A DNA stretch of 64,000 nucleotides from Acidobacteriota bacterium (GCA_963666055.2 CAXWPH010000009.1:17227-81226), one strand, 5' to 3'. Positions 38,774-49,693 are shown, numbered from the stretch's first letter. A program made the numbers and translations. The notes: generated by a model from the letters alone, not told the origin.

Positions 38774-38812
38774 TGCCGTCTCACCTACAAGACATGTAGG
38801 AACTCCTACATG
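38774..38812. promoter_or_regulatory. tandem enhancer (UAS) sites
   Basis: Perfect palindrome CATGTAGG-aact-CCTACATG (TGT-N10-ACA core) at 38793-38812 and a weaker TGC-N10-ACA copy sharing CCTACA 21 bp away; about 200 bp upstream of the promoter; IHF-like TATCAAaaggTTT adjacent. Confidence 0.65.
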
Positions 38813-38964
38813 CTGCGGGGGGATCGTCGATGCCAGGTGGGGACGCCGCCAGACAAGCCGGTACTCTCGCGGCCAGACATGGCCCCCAACGGCCAGGGGG
38901 AGCTTCGACCGTTTGCGTGGGCGGGTGAGAGGGCCCCGAAGAGATGCGCGGAGGGGCCGCCTAC

Positions 38965-40359
38965 TCAGCCTTTCAGTCGCTCCACGTCGATGCCGTGTTT
39001 CTTGACCTTGTGCCACATCGAGCGCTCGGAGATGCCCAGCCGTCGAGCCGCCGTCGTCTGGACGCCGCTGCTGCTACGTAGCGCGTCGATCAGAATCTGG
39101 CGTTCGATGCGGTACATCGTGATCGGCAGGCTATCATCGGTCCCGGTACGTGCCGCGCGCTCGGCGACAAGCGATCCCTGCACGACTTCTAGCGGTAGGT
39201 CTTGTCGCCGCAACTCGTTGCCTTCGCTCCAGATCACCGCACGCTCGACCGCATGGCGCAGCTGCCGTACGTTCCCCGGCCAGGCATAACCAACCAAGGC
39301 GTCGAGGGCCGCAGGTGAGATGCGCTCCAGGCGCTTGCCGTGCACCTCGTTGGCTTCGTGGATGAAGTGTTCGGTGAGCAACGGAATGTCCTGCAAGCGC
39401 TCGCGCAGGGGCGGCAGATCAACGGTGACGACGTTGAGACGGAAGTAGAGGTCTTCGCGAAAGCGGCCCTCGCGGACCTCGAGTGCAAGATTGCGGTTGG
39501 TAGCTGCCACCACCCGAACGTCAACCCGCACGGGCGCCACTCCGCCAACCCGATCGAACTCACGCTCCTGCAACACGCGCAAGATCTTGGCCTGCGACTC
39601 CAGGCTCATGTCGCCGATCTCGTCGAGCAAGATCGTGCCGCGGTCGGCGAGCTCGAATTTTCCGATCTTGCGCTGGTGTGCGCCAGTGAACGCGCCCCGC
39701 TCGTGACCAAACAGCTCACTTTCCAGAAGCGTCTGGGGGATCGCCACGCAGTTCAGCTTCACGAACGGGCCGTCGGCCCGCTTGCTCTTGAAGTGAATGG
39801 CCGCCGCCACGAGCTCCTTGCCAGTGCCACTCTCGCCAAGCACCAGGACGGTGGTGTCCGACCGCACGACCTTCCCCAGGGTCTCGAAGACTTGTTTCAT
39901 GGCCCGCGACTTGCCGATCATGTTGCCGAAACCGCTGACCCCTCCGGCCTGGGCGCGTAGCCTGCTGCCCTCACGCGCCAAGGTGCGCCGCTCTAGCGCG
40001 CGTCCGATGACGACGCGCAGCTCGTCGATCTGTATCGGCTTGGTGAAGAAGTCGTACGCTCCGCGGTCAACCGCAAGCGCAGCGGTACGCCGGCTGCCAT
40101 AGGCGGTCATCATCGCCACCAGAACGGCTGGCTGAAGTCGCCGCACCTCCTCGAGTATGTCCAGTCCGGCGGCATCAGGGAGGCGCTGATCTAGCAATAC
40201 GAAGTCGTATCCTCCGTCGGGCTCTGCCAGCAGCTCGAGGCCCTCGGCAGCGGTCTCGGCCTCATCGATCACGAGACCTTCGCGAGCCAACGCTGCATGG
40301 AGCGTATAGCGCAACTCGGGATCATCATCGATGATGAGCAGTCGCTTCGTATCTACCAT
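38965..40359 (-). CDS. NtrC/PilR-like sigma54-dependent response regulator
   Basis: Receiver domain (IIDDD, LLDQRLP, TKP), GESGTGKE, GAFTGA, WPGNVRQL, HTH. Confidence 0.95.
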   Translation of the reverse strand: MVDTKRLLIIDDDPELRYTLHAALAREGLVIDEAETAAEGLELLAEPDGGYDFVLLDQRLPDAAGLDILEEVRRLQPAVLVAMMTAYGSRRTAALAVDRGAYDFFTKPIQIDELRVVIGRALERRTLAREGSRLRAQAGGVSGFGNMIGKSRAMKQVFETLGKVVRSDTTVLVLGESGTGKELVAAAIHFKSKRADGPFVKLNCVAIPQTLLESELFGHERGAFTGAHQRKIGKFELADRGTILLDEIGDMSLESQAKILRVLQEREFDRVGGVAPVRVDVRVVAATNRNLALEVREGRFREDLYFRLNVVTVDLPPLRERLQDIPLLTEHFIHEANEVHGKRLERISPAALDALVGYAWPGNVRQLRHAVERAVIWSEGNELRRQDLPLEVVQGSLVAERAARTGTDDSLPITMYRIERQILIDALRSSSGVQTTAARRLGISERSMWHKVKKHGIDVERLKG

Positions 40360-41862
40360 CTACGCTGCTCCTGCCGTTAGCTGCTCGCCGGCAGGGAACT
40401 GGGCCGGGCCCACAAAGTTGGCGGCGCAAGGTGGCAGTCGCAGCATGAATTCGGTGCCGCGCTCGAGCGTGCTATCGACATCGATCGATCCACCATGGGC
40501 ATAGACGATCTGCTGTGCAATGGCCAAACCCAGGCCAGTACCGCCGCGCCCCGAAACGAACGGTTGGAAGATGCGCTCGCGGTCTTCTGAGGCGACGAAC
40601 GACCCCGTGTTCGCAACCCGCACCTCCACCTGCGCATCGCGGACTCGGGTCGCTACCTCGATGCGCCCGCCGGCCGGAGTGTGGGCGTAGGCGTTGCGCA
40701 ACAGGTTCTCGATGGCGCGGCTGAGTCGCGCTGGGTCAACCATGCAAGGGGGGAGCCCGGGCTCGAAGCCCTCGGAGAGCACAATGTCATCGTCCTCGGT
40801 CTGACCCATTTTCACGAACTCGACGGTTTCGTGGACCAACGAGCTGATATCGCGTTGCTCGAGATCGTGGATCTCGGTGGGCACCAGATCGAGGAGCTGC
40901 CCCACTAGTCGCTCGATGCGCTGAGACGCGCGCGACAGGACATCCAGGTGACGATGTCCCTCATCGCCTGGAGGTAGGCGCTCGTGCAGCACCTGGATGA
41001 GGCCGAGCACCGAGCTCAACGGGTTGCGGATCTCGTGCGCCAACTCGGCGGCGAATCCGCCAATGACCATCAGGCGATGCGCACGGCTTACTTGGCGCTG
41101 CACTTTCTCGGTGTCGGCGGCGCGCTCGAACACCACCAATACTGAGATGATCGACTCCTCGCCAGCAAGCACTGTGCCTTGGAGATCGACCATGAGCCGC
41201 TGTCCGCGCCGATTGACCCAAGCCAAGCCGTGTAAGTCGAACGGCTCACTGCGCTCCAGAGCCCCGACGAGCGCCCGGGTCAGCTCGACGTTATCGGGCA
41301 CGTCCGGGATCAGCTCGGAGAATTCGCGGCCGATCATCAGATCGGCGTCTACACCCAGCGCCACGGCGGCGCGCGGATTGATCGACAACACGCGTCCGTC
41401 GCGCGCGAACGAGATCAGGCCCTCGACAACCGAGCTACGGGCATATCCGCGTATCGATTCCAACAGATCATTGATCGCACTCACCAGCGGCGCGACCTCG
41501 CCATCGGCCTCCAACTCCACTGGGAAGCTGAAGTTCCGGCGCGCCAGAAACTCGGTCCGTCTGGCAAGTGTGCGTAGCTGATTAGTAAACGCCAGCGCGA
41601 TCGACAGGCCTATGCAAGCACCGAAGACAGTCAGGCCCAGGAGCCAAAGCCACGACGCCGGCAGGGTCGCCCAGACAAGAGCGGCATCGCGCGGCGACAT
41701 CAGGTTCGTAGCATCGGTGCGCCCGACTTCGAACGCATAGAGCCCGACACCGAACGCCAGCAGCGCCATTACGAACGGTAGCGCTACTGCGAGCCGCAGG
41801 TGCAGCTTCCAGCTAATACGGCGCCTGACGCCGCTGAGCGCACCAAACCAACGATCGAGCAT
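40360..41862 (-). CDS. sensor histidine kinase (2 TM, HAMP, PAS; PilS/AtoS-like)
   Basis: LAHEIRNPL H-box, NLLRNA, IFQPFVS, GTGLGL. Confidence 0.93.
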   Translation of the reverse strand: MLDRWFGALSGVRRRISWKLHLRLAVALPFVMALLAFGVGLYAFEVGRTDATNLMSPRDAALVWATLPASWLWLLGLTVFGACIGLSIALAFTNQLRTLARRTEFLARRNFSFPVELEADGEVAPLVSAINDLLESIRGYARSSVVEGLISFARDGRVLSINPRAAVALGVDADLMIGREFSELIPDVPDNVELTRALVGALERSEPFDLHGLAWVNRRGQRLMVDLQGTVLAGEESIISVLVVFERAADTEKVQRQVSRAHRLMVIGGFAAELAHEIRNPLSSVLGLIQVLHERLPPGDEGHRHLDVLSRASQRIERLVGQLLDLVPTEIHDLEQRDISSLVHETVEFVKMGQTEDDDIVLSEGFEPGLPPCMVDPARLSRAIENLLRNAYAHTPAGGRIEVATRVRDAQVEVRVANTGSFVASEDRERIFQPFVSGRGGTGLGLAIAQQIVYAHGGSIDVDSTLERGTEFMLRLPPCAANFVGPAQFPAGEQLTAGAA

Positions 41863-42004
41863 TCCCTGCTCCAGGGCAACGGGAAGGCGAAACCCAGAAT
41901 TGAACAAGCTCGATTCTAGCGAGGCACGCGTCACTGTCGAAGCGAAAACGCTTTTAACCGTCGCTGTAGCACTTCTCAGGCCATATTTGACCATGTTTTC
42001 ATCT

Positions 42005-42028
42005 TAAAACACACAGAACGATGTTTTA
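42005..42028. promoter_or_regulatory. inverted repeat in the divergent promoter region
   Basis: TAAAACA-N10-TGTTTTA in an AT-rich spacer. Confidence 0.35.
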
Positions 42029-42098
42029 GGGCTGACTTGACCTATTCGCACTGACTACCATCGCGCCAGACACGACTCCTCCGACTCCCGTTCGAGAG

Positions 42099-42995
42099 AT
42101 GATGATGCGAAAGAACGCTGCCTTGACCCTTTGTTGCACCGTCATGCTGATGGCCGCAATAGGGGCCTGCGGGTCCGCACGCAACGCCAATGGCGGTATC
42201 GTCGGTAGTGCACCCGAGGCGCAGTCCCAGCCGCTACCGAGCGCCGTTCGTGGCTCGCAACCCAGCGGGTCCGTGCAGGCGGGGACATTCGGGGTGAATG
42301 ATCCTCAGGTAAGCGTCACGACCCCGGCGATCAACTGGGGAGAAACCGTGAATGGCAGCGTTCCGTACGACTGGAGCACGCGAGTATCCAACCCGAACTC
42401 GCGCGCCGTCGTCGTGAAGGTAAAACTCGATTTCGTTGACTTGCAAGGACAGACTGTCCACGAGGACTGGGTCAGCGGTCAGATCGGTCCGTCCTCGGAC
42501 GCGCTGCTGCAACAGACCGGCTATATCGATAACGCCCAGCTCGACCTGGTCGCCGAGGCTCGCGGGGCGCCGTCGGCCTGGTGGGCCGATGAGCCCTACA
42601 AGTTTCGCACCGTCGCCGCTTTCGTCGACGGGCTGCAGCGGCTCGAGGTGTTCTTCGTTCTCGAGGACTGGGAGGGTCGTCCCGTAACTGCCTCCGGCAT
42701 CGTCGATCTCTACATTATCGAGCGCGAACGGCCGCGCGCCGGCTTCGCGGGCGGCGCCATGGCGCGCCCCCTCAACACTCTTTATGCGCGACGCTTCGAC
42801 GTCGGCGGACGCGATTATTCGAATCGCCGGATCGGTTTCAAGAACACCGACTACACGCCGCCGGCGGTAACGCTCGGCCCGATCCACTATTCGATCTTCG
42901 ATCAGGAGCCCATCGGCGATGAAGGCATAGTGCGTCTGGTGTTTCGTACTGCCAGCGGCACGGAGATCATCGGCGAGGACCGCGTCTATTTCTAG
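42099..42995 (+). CDS. hypothetical lipoprotein
   Basis: Lipobox IGAC, beta-rich mature part. Confidence 0.75.
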   Translation: MMMRKNAALTLCCTVMLMAAIGACGSARNANGGIVGSAPEAQSQPLPSAVRGSQPSGSVQAGTFGVNDPQVSVTTPAINWGETVNGSVPYDWSTRVSNPNSRAVVVKVKLDFVDLQGQTVHEDWVSGQIGPSSDALLQQTGYIDNAQLDLVAEARGAPSAWWADEPYKFRTVAAFVDGLQRLEVFFVLEDWEGRPVTASGIVDLYIIERERPRAGFAGGAMARPLNTLYARRFDVGGRDYSNRRIGFKNTDYTPPAVTLGPIHYSIFDQEPIGDEGIVRLVFRTASGTEIIGEDRVYF

Positions 42996-43173
42996 CAGGC
43001 CGTGGCGGCGAAACACATCATGGTTGAGCTGGCGCGAAGTCACGCCGCTATGGCGACGCTACGATAGCGACTGTAGCGGAGCCGAAAGGTAGCAGCTGCA
43101 CCCGAGACGTCAAGACAACAACTGCCCCGGGGATGCCAAGGCAGCAGCGCACAGAATTGCACAGCGTACCGCC

Positions 43174-43202
43174 TTGACAGTCTGTCTCGCAGCGCGTAAA
43201 GT
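43174..43202 (+). promoter_or_regulatory. sigma70-type promoter
   Basis: TTGACA-N17-TAAAGT. Confidence 0.7.
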
Positions 43203-43325
43203 GATCAACGTTGACTATGCTGAATCAGGGTTCGCTAGTTCTGGCGACACTTGGTCGGCGCTGACCGCGACGCTACTCCGGTTCGATAGCCCGGAGCTAC
43301 CTTGCGGCATTCGAGGAGGGACACG

Positions 43326-43532
43326 ATGGCCGAACGCGAAACGCGTCCGACGATCATGACGCTGGATGAGGTCGCCCGGTACCTCCGCCTGCACAAGTCG
43401 ACGGTCTACCGGATGGCGCGCGAGGGGAAGCTCCCGGGCAACAAAGTTGCCGGCCAGTGGCGGTTCAAGAAGGAACGCCTGGTGGACTGGTTCGAGGATC
43501 AGCAGCGCGAGCTCGAGGACTCGCTCGAGTAA
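43326..43532 (+). CDS. excisionase/BldC-like HTH protein
   Basis: GAGGAGG RBS; MTLDEVARYLRLHKSTVYRMAREGKLPGNKVAGQWRF. Confidence 0.92.
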   Translation: MAERETRPTIMTLDEVARYLRLHKSTVYRMAREGKLPGNKVAGQWRFKKERLVDWFEDQQRELEDSLE

Positions 43533-43550
43533 GCGGGCAGCCGGCTCCGA

Positions 43551-44987
43551 TTAGCGGCGGTACCCGGCTCGCACTCGCTTGATCAGTGTGCCGCGCTCTA
43601 TGCGCGCGTCGGCGTCCACGCCGTTAAGCAGCGACAGTGTGTCGAGGCTGGCCGCAGGCCCCGCGTCTACGAGCGCGGCGAGTGGGCCGGCTCGCGGCGC
43701 CGCGAACACCTCCAGCCGATCGGGGTTGTAGCGGTCTGCCTCGGCACGTGGCAGGCGTCGAAAGCTCCGCTGCCAGCGATCAATGGTGCCCGCATGGCGC
43801 TCGAAGACCGTTGCGCGGCTGTAGCCGATGAGGTCGTATACCAAATCGCCATAGTGAACGAAGACATCGCTAGCACGGACCGCGATTTCGTTGCTGGTGG
43901 CGTCATAGCGCGCTCGGTACGCCGGCAGCCCCCCCACAGACGTGGAAGCTCCGACCACCGAGGTGGCAGACCGCGCTCGTATGGCCGCCCTGGCGTGTGC
44001 CTCCAGGCTTTCCCCTTGCATAGCTCCGATAGTCAGACCGACGACCACATCGCCGCTGTCGGGAGCCGAGACAACCGCCTGCTTACCGTTCTGCAGCTGC
44101 CATCCGTCAGGAAAGTCGACCTGGAACAGAAGGTCGGGATGCTTGAACGTCCCGTCGACGACCAGACCTTGACGCGGATTCGGACCGAACACGATGCCGT
44201 CGACACGGCGTAAGTACGCGTCTCGACCGATGCGAAGATCGGCACGTCCCGCAACCAGAGGCTCGGAGCTCGCAAGAACCCGCTCAACCCGATTCGCGGG
44301 CGCCGGGTGCGTCGACAGCCAGGTGGGAAGACGCCCACCGCCAGCTTCGGACATCAGCGAGATCGTCCGAAAGAACGCCGCCAGACGGCGCGGGTCATAC
44401 CCCGCGCCGACCGCATAGCGGATACCCAGCTGATCGGATTGAAGTTCGTCATCGCGGCCGAACTTGAGAAATAGTACGCCTACACCCGCCTGCAGGATGC
44501 CGCCGAGCGCGCGCACCTCGGACGACAGAACACTGCCCGCTCCCAGCCCGATCTGCGCCAGCGAAGCACCCGTGTAGCGCTGTGCGCCATGGCGCGCCGT
44601 CACATGGCCGATCTCGTGCCCGAGCACCCCCACAACCTCCGCCTCCGAGTTCATGTAGGCGAGGATGCCCCGCGTCATGTAGATATAACCGCCTGGCAGC
44701 GCAAAGGCGTTGACGATGGTGTCGTCGACAACGCGAAACGTCCAAGGCAGCTGTGGGCGCTCACTTGCGGCAGCCATCGTGTGCCCGGTCTGCTCGATCC
44801 ACTCGGCCAGCTCGCGGTCGTCGTACAGGCCATATTCGGCCACTACGAGCTCGTCGTTCTGGCGACCGAGCTGGATCTCCTGCTCCTCGGACAGGAGCAT
44901 CAGCTCGCGCCTGCCGGTCACCGGATTGACAGCGCAGGCCACGGCGGCCAGGAGCGCCACCACAGCGAGGCCGGCGGTACTCCTCAT
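43551..44987 (-). CDS. M48 family zinc metalloprotease lipoprotein
   Basis: CAVNPVTG, NAFALPGG, HEIGH, RDDELQSD, LSTHP. Confidence 0.92.
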   Translation of the reverse strand: MRSTAGLAVVALLAAVACAVNPVTGRRELMLLSEEQEIQLGRQNDELVVAEYGLYDDRELAEWIEQTGHTMAAASERPQLPWTFRVVDDTIVNAFALPGGYIYMTRGILAYMNSEAEVVGVLGHEIGHVTARHGAQRYTGASLAQIGLGAGSVLSSEVRALGGILQAGVGVLFLKFGRDDELQSDQLGIRYAVGAGYDPRRLAAFFRTISLMSEAGGGRLPTWLSTHPAPANRVERVLASSEPLVAGRADLRIGRDAYLRRVDGIVFGPNPRQGLVVDGTFKHPDLLFQVDFPDGWQLQNGKQAVVSAPDSGDVVVGLTIGAMQGESLEAHARAAIRARSATSVVGASTSVGGLPAYRARYDATSNEIAVRASDVFVHYGDLVYDLIGYSRATVFERHAGTIDRWQRSFRRLPRAEADRYNPDRLEVFAAPRAGPLAALVDAGPAASLDTLSLLNGVDADARIERGTLIKRVRAGYRR

Positions 44988-45586
44988 GGCGATCCGCCGG
45001 TCACCGCCGGATCGGGCCGCGCTTCGCCCCAGATCGCCTCGCACAGCTCGGGGTCGGTCTCCGCCAGCCGTTCCGACGCCAGGGCGGTCAGCTGGTGGGG
45101 AAAGACGGGCCTTTCCGCCACGCTATGAAGGTAGTAGTGCGGGCCGATCAGAAACGCCCGGCGCTCCGGGCGAAAGTACACCGTGGCAACACGAATTTCC
45201 GGCATATTGCGTCGCGCATGCCGCCGCAGGTATTCGATCACCTCGTATATGGTTCGTCCGGTATCGAATAAATCGTCGACGATCAACATCTGGTGTACGG
45301 ACTCCACCTCGTCGGTCACATGCTTGAGGCCACGAATATCGAAACCGTTGCCTTGCGAGATCCCTTCCAACGATTGCGTACGAATCGCGGTGTGGTAGAA
45401 ATCGTGCCCCTTGCAACGGAACAACTCGTGGATGGCGATGCCAGGTGGGGCGCCGCCGCGCCAAAGCGCGACGAGGAAATCGGGCCGATAGCCATCGTCC
45501 CAGATCTTCTTGGCGAGACGAAAACAATCGGCCAGATATTCGTCCGGATCCAGACTCATGGACGTCCTGGCGTCGGCCATCGTCAC
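44984..45586 (-). CDS. type I phosphoribosyltransferase (xanthine/hypoxanthine PRT-like)
   Basis: LWRGG, LIVDDLFDTGRT. Confidence 0.88.
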   Translation of the reverse strand: MTMADARTSMSLDPDEYLADCFRLAKKIWDDGYRPDFLVALWRGGAPPGIAIHELFRCKGHDFYHTAIRTQSLEGISQGNGFDIRGLKHVTDEVESVHQMLIVDDLFDTGRTIYEVIEYLRRHARRNMPEIRVATVYFRPERRAFLIGPHYYLHSVAERPVFPHQLTALASERLAETDPELCEAIWGEARPDPAVTGGSP

Positions 45587-46323
45587 ATCGCCGAGGGCGG
45601 CGGTGGCAGCCTGGGCGGACGAAGCTTGTGGGCATTGGCCAGTCGGCGAGATTCCACCCGCTGGCGCAGCTCCTGATCCTCGAGCCCACCGAGCAAGTAC
45701 TCTTCTAGCTGCTCATAGCTAAACGCGAGCTCTTTCTCGTCGGTCTGGCCGCGCCAAATTCCCGCCGAGGGCGGCTTGTCGACGATCTCGCGGGGAACCT
45801 GCAGGTATTCGGCCAGCGTCACGACCTCGCTTTTCACCAGGTGTCCCAGGGGCAGCAAATCAACCCCCCCGTCACCGTACTTGGTGAAATAGCCGAGGGA
45901 CATCTCCGAGCGATTTCCCGTCCCGACCACCAGATAGCGGAACTTGTTGGCGTGATAGTAGAGAGCCGTCATCCACAATCGCGCCTTGAGGTTCGCGAGG
46001 GGCAAATCGGGCGGCTCATCAGGTTCGGGATCGGCGCCCAGCAAACGGGCAAAGCCCTCGTAGACAGAGTCCAAGCTCATCAGCTTGGAGTTGAGTTGGA
46101 ATTCGTTGACCACCAGCCGCGCGTGGTCGATATCTCGATGGTCCGAGTGTACCGGCAGGATCAACGCCAGGTGCGTGTCGGGGAACGCCCGTCGCGCCAG
46201 CTGCGACAGCACAGCCGAGTCGACGCCTCCGGAAAGACCGAACACGACGCCGCGTGCGCCGGCGGATTCGGCTTCCGCCCGCAGCCAGACGACCAACTGA
46301 CCCGCTATCTGCTCAGCGTTCAT
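45583..46323 (-). CDS. nadE: NH3-dependent NAD+ synthetase
   Basis: GLSGGVDS, GTGNRSE, GYFTKYGD, PPSAG..GQTDE. Confidence 0.95.
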   Translation of the reverse strand: MNAEQIAGQLVVWLRAEAESAGARGVVFGLSGGVDSAVLSQLARRAFPDTHLALILPVHSDHRDIDHARLVVNEFQLNSKLMSLDSVYEGFARLLGADPEPDEPPDLPLANLKARLWMTALYYHANKFRYLVVGTGNRSEMSLGYFTKYGDGGVDLLPLGHLVKSEVVTLAEYLQVPREIVDKPPSAGIWRGQTDEKELAFSYEQLEEYLLGGLEDQELRQRVESRRLANAHKLRPPRLPPPPSAM

Positions 46324-46380
46324 GCCCGAATGTTAGGGAGTCACTGTGAGCGGGTCAAAAACAGCGCCGAACAAAGGGGA

Positions 46381-48288
46381 TCAGCTGACGATGGTATCGA
46401 TGACCGCCTGATCGACGGTCACCGAGTAGCTGTCGCGTAGGGACTGCAGGTAGGCCTCGAAGAGCCGGTTGCGGCGTTGCGCCACCTCCTGCTCGCGCAG
46501 CTGCTCCTTCTGCTCGGCGAACAACGCCCAGTCAGGCTGAACGTGCTCCACGACTCGAAACACGACGAATCGACCATCGAGCTTTACCGGGCCACCGGTA
46601 TCGCCCGCAGCGAGTTGGAAAGCCGCCTGCATCAGCGCCGGGGCGCTACCCAATACCGGGACGATCTCCTCACGCGCCAAAAGCTGGCTGGATTCGACTG
46701 TGGCGCCCGCCTCCGGCGCAATGATCGCCAACTGTTCGCCGGCCGCCAGCCGCCCAGCGTATTCGCGGGCACGCTCGGCGGCACGCTCGGCGGCGCGGCG
46801 CTCGACCACATCGGAGCGAACCTCGTTGACCACAGTGTCGAACTCGGGCACATGGGGAGCGGCGATTTCGTCGACTCGGAACACCAGATAGCCGCGGCGC
46901 ACCCGGACAGGCTCGGCGACTCGACCAGCGCCGAGCGTGAATATCCGGTTGGTGAGGTCAGTGGTCGTGAACTCGCCGAATCCGGTCTCCTGCGCGAAGA
47001 GCGGGCTGACCTCGATCGTCAGGCCGTACAGTTGCGCCACTTCCTCCAGCGCTTCGCCGCGCAACACGTCACGACGGATCTGCTCCGACGTAGTCTCGGC
47101 CTGCGCCTCGGCCCGGTCCCAGGCGAGCCGCTGCTCGAGCTGGCCACGCACCTCTTCGAAGGGCTGCGCGTGCTCGTCGCGACGTTCGTCGACGCGAACG
47201 ATGTGAAAACCGAACGCGGTTTCGAAGACCGCCGATGTCTCGCCAGGCTGCAGCACGAACGCCGCTTCATCGAAACCCTCGACCTGCCGGCCGCGCGTCA
47301 CCCAGCCGAGATCGCCACCCGTCTCGGACGTAGGATCATCCGAGACTTCTTTGGCTAGCTCGCTGAAGTCCGCCCCCGCGTTCAGGCGTTGCAGCACTTC
47401 CTCGGCGCTGCCTCGAACGCCGGCCTTTTCCTCGTCGCTGGCCGTCGGGGGCACGCGTAACATAATCTGCCGCGCCTTCACCTGTTCCTCGACGGTGAAC
47501 TCGGCAAGGCTGGCCTGGTACTCGGCCAAGAGCGCATCGGCCGAAATCTCGACGCTGTTGCGCAATCCCTCGGTATCGACCAGCGCGTAGGAGACGCGCC
47601 GCTGTTCCGGAAGTCGATAGGTGTCCGGGTCGGCATCGTAGGCGGCGCGAATGTCCGCGTCGGTAATCTCTCCGTCGACCTCGAGACGATACGCGGTGGG
47701 GCGAATCTGCACGAAATCGAAGCGTACCTTCTCGCTTTGACGTTGGTAGGCGTCTTCGACCTCGCGATCGCTCACCGTAACGCTCTCGGTGATCAGCCCG
47801 GTGACGCGCTCAACGAGGAGGTCGTCCATAATTGACGCCTCGAAGGCGACGACATCCAGCCCGTTGCGTTGCAGGATCGTGCGGTACTCCTCGTCGCCAA
47901 TCCAACGTCCGTCCTCGCGGCGAAACGCCGGGTACTGCATCGTCCGGTCTTTGAGCTCCTGGCGAGCGATCGCGAATCCCTGATCTTCGGCCGACTCCAC
48001 GATCAGACGTCGTCGGATGAGCTGCTCCAAGACGACGCTCTGGAGCTGCATTTGCTGGATGAAATTGTCTGGCAGCTGGCCCTGGTTCAGGCCGCGGTAG
48101 TACTGCATTTGCTCGTTCATGGCGCGTTGAAACTCAGCTGCTTCGATCGGCTCGCCGTTGACCCGTGCAACGACATTCGCTGCGCCGCTGGTGAACAAGG
48201 CAGGTAGGTACAAGGCGATGAAAGCAATGATGACGAGCCAGAGCGTCCACGACAGGCGCCGCACGTTCCGGCGCAGGGTATGCAGCAC
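46381..48288 (-). CDS. ppiD: PpiD-like periplasmic chaperone/parvulin PPIase
   Basis: N-terminal TM, VARVNGEPI SurA-N domain, FSELAKEVSDD..GGDLGW, TAFGFHIV. Confidence 0.85.
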   Translation of the reverse strand: MLHTLRRNVRRLSWTLWLVIIAFIALYLPALFTSGAANVVARVNGEPIEAAEFQRAMNEQMQYYRGLNQGQLPDNFIQQMQLQSVVLEQLIRRRLIVESAEDQGFAIARQELKDRTMQYPAFRREDGRWIGDEEYRTILQRNGLDVVAFEASIMDDLLVERVTGLITESVTVSDREVEDAYQRQSEKVRFDFVQIRPTAYRLEVDGEITDADIRAAYDADPDTYRLPEQRRVSYALVDTEGLRNSVEISADALLAEYQASLAEFTVEEQVKARQIMLRVPPTASDEEKAGVRGSAEEVLQRLNAGADFSELAKEVSDDPTSETGGDLGWVTRGRQVEGFDEAAFVLQPGETSAVFETAFGFHIVRVDERRDEHAQPFEEVRGQLEQRLAWDRAEAQAETTSEQIRRDVLRGEALEEVAQLYGLTIEVSPLFAQETGFGEFTTTDLTNRIFTLGAGRVAEPVRVRRGYLVFRVDEIAAPHVPEFDTVVNEVRSDVVERRAAERAAERAREYAGRLAAGEQLAIIAPEAGATVESSQLLAREEIVPVLGSAPALMQAAFQLAAGDTGGPVKLDGRFVVFRVVEHVQPDWALFAEQKEQLREQEVAQRRNRLFEAYLQSLRDSYSVTVDQAVIDTIVS

Positions 48289-48609
48289 GATGACTTACTC
48301 CGAGCGGGGTCGCCGCAGCTCATGACAGCGGAGTGCAGGCGGCGACAGGCGACGGTGAACGATTTCTAATCCGTTCGTCGTTGACGGGAGAAGATATGGT
48401 ACCTGTCTGCGGCTTGCTCCGACAAGGTTGGACCCCGTGGTACCATGGCTGCGCGCTGCGCTCCGGCAAGTGGCGACGGCCTGCCGCTGGCCCCGGCCTC
48501 CTCCGTGGCGCGTTTGGTTCGTTTCAAGTTCACCTCCCGTCTGTCCTGCCGCGCGCCGTCGCGACAACGGCTTCCACTGTCGCGGCCCAGCCATCGGCAC
48601 TGAAAGCGC

Positions 48610-49626
<1,017 letters not shown>

Positions 49627-49693
49627 CTCTGTCAGTACCCGTCGTGAGTGCGGCGAGCGCATTCGGAACACATCAGGGAGCAACGAAGAGGCG

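Noticed and set aside
43228-43310. tRNA-like GGTTCGA hairpin
   Set aside because: The loop is 9 nt and no acceptor or anticodon arms can be formed; more likely 5' UTR hairpins of the HTH gene.
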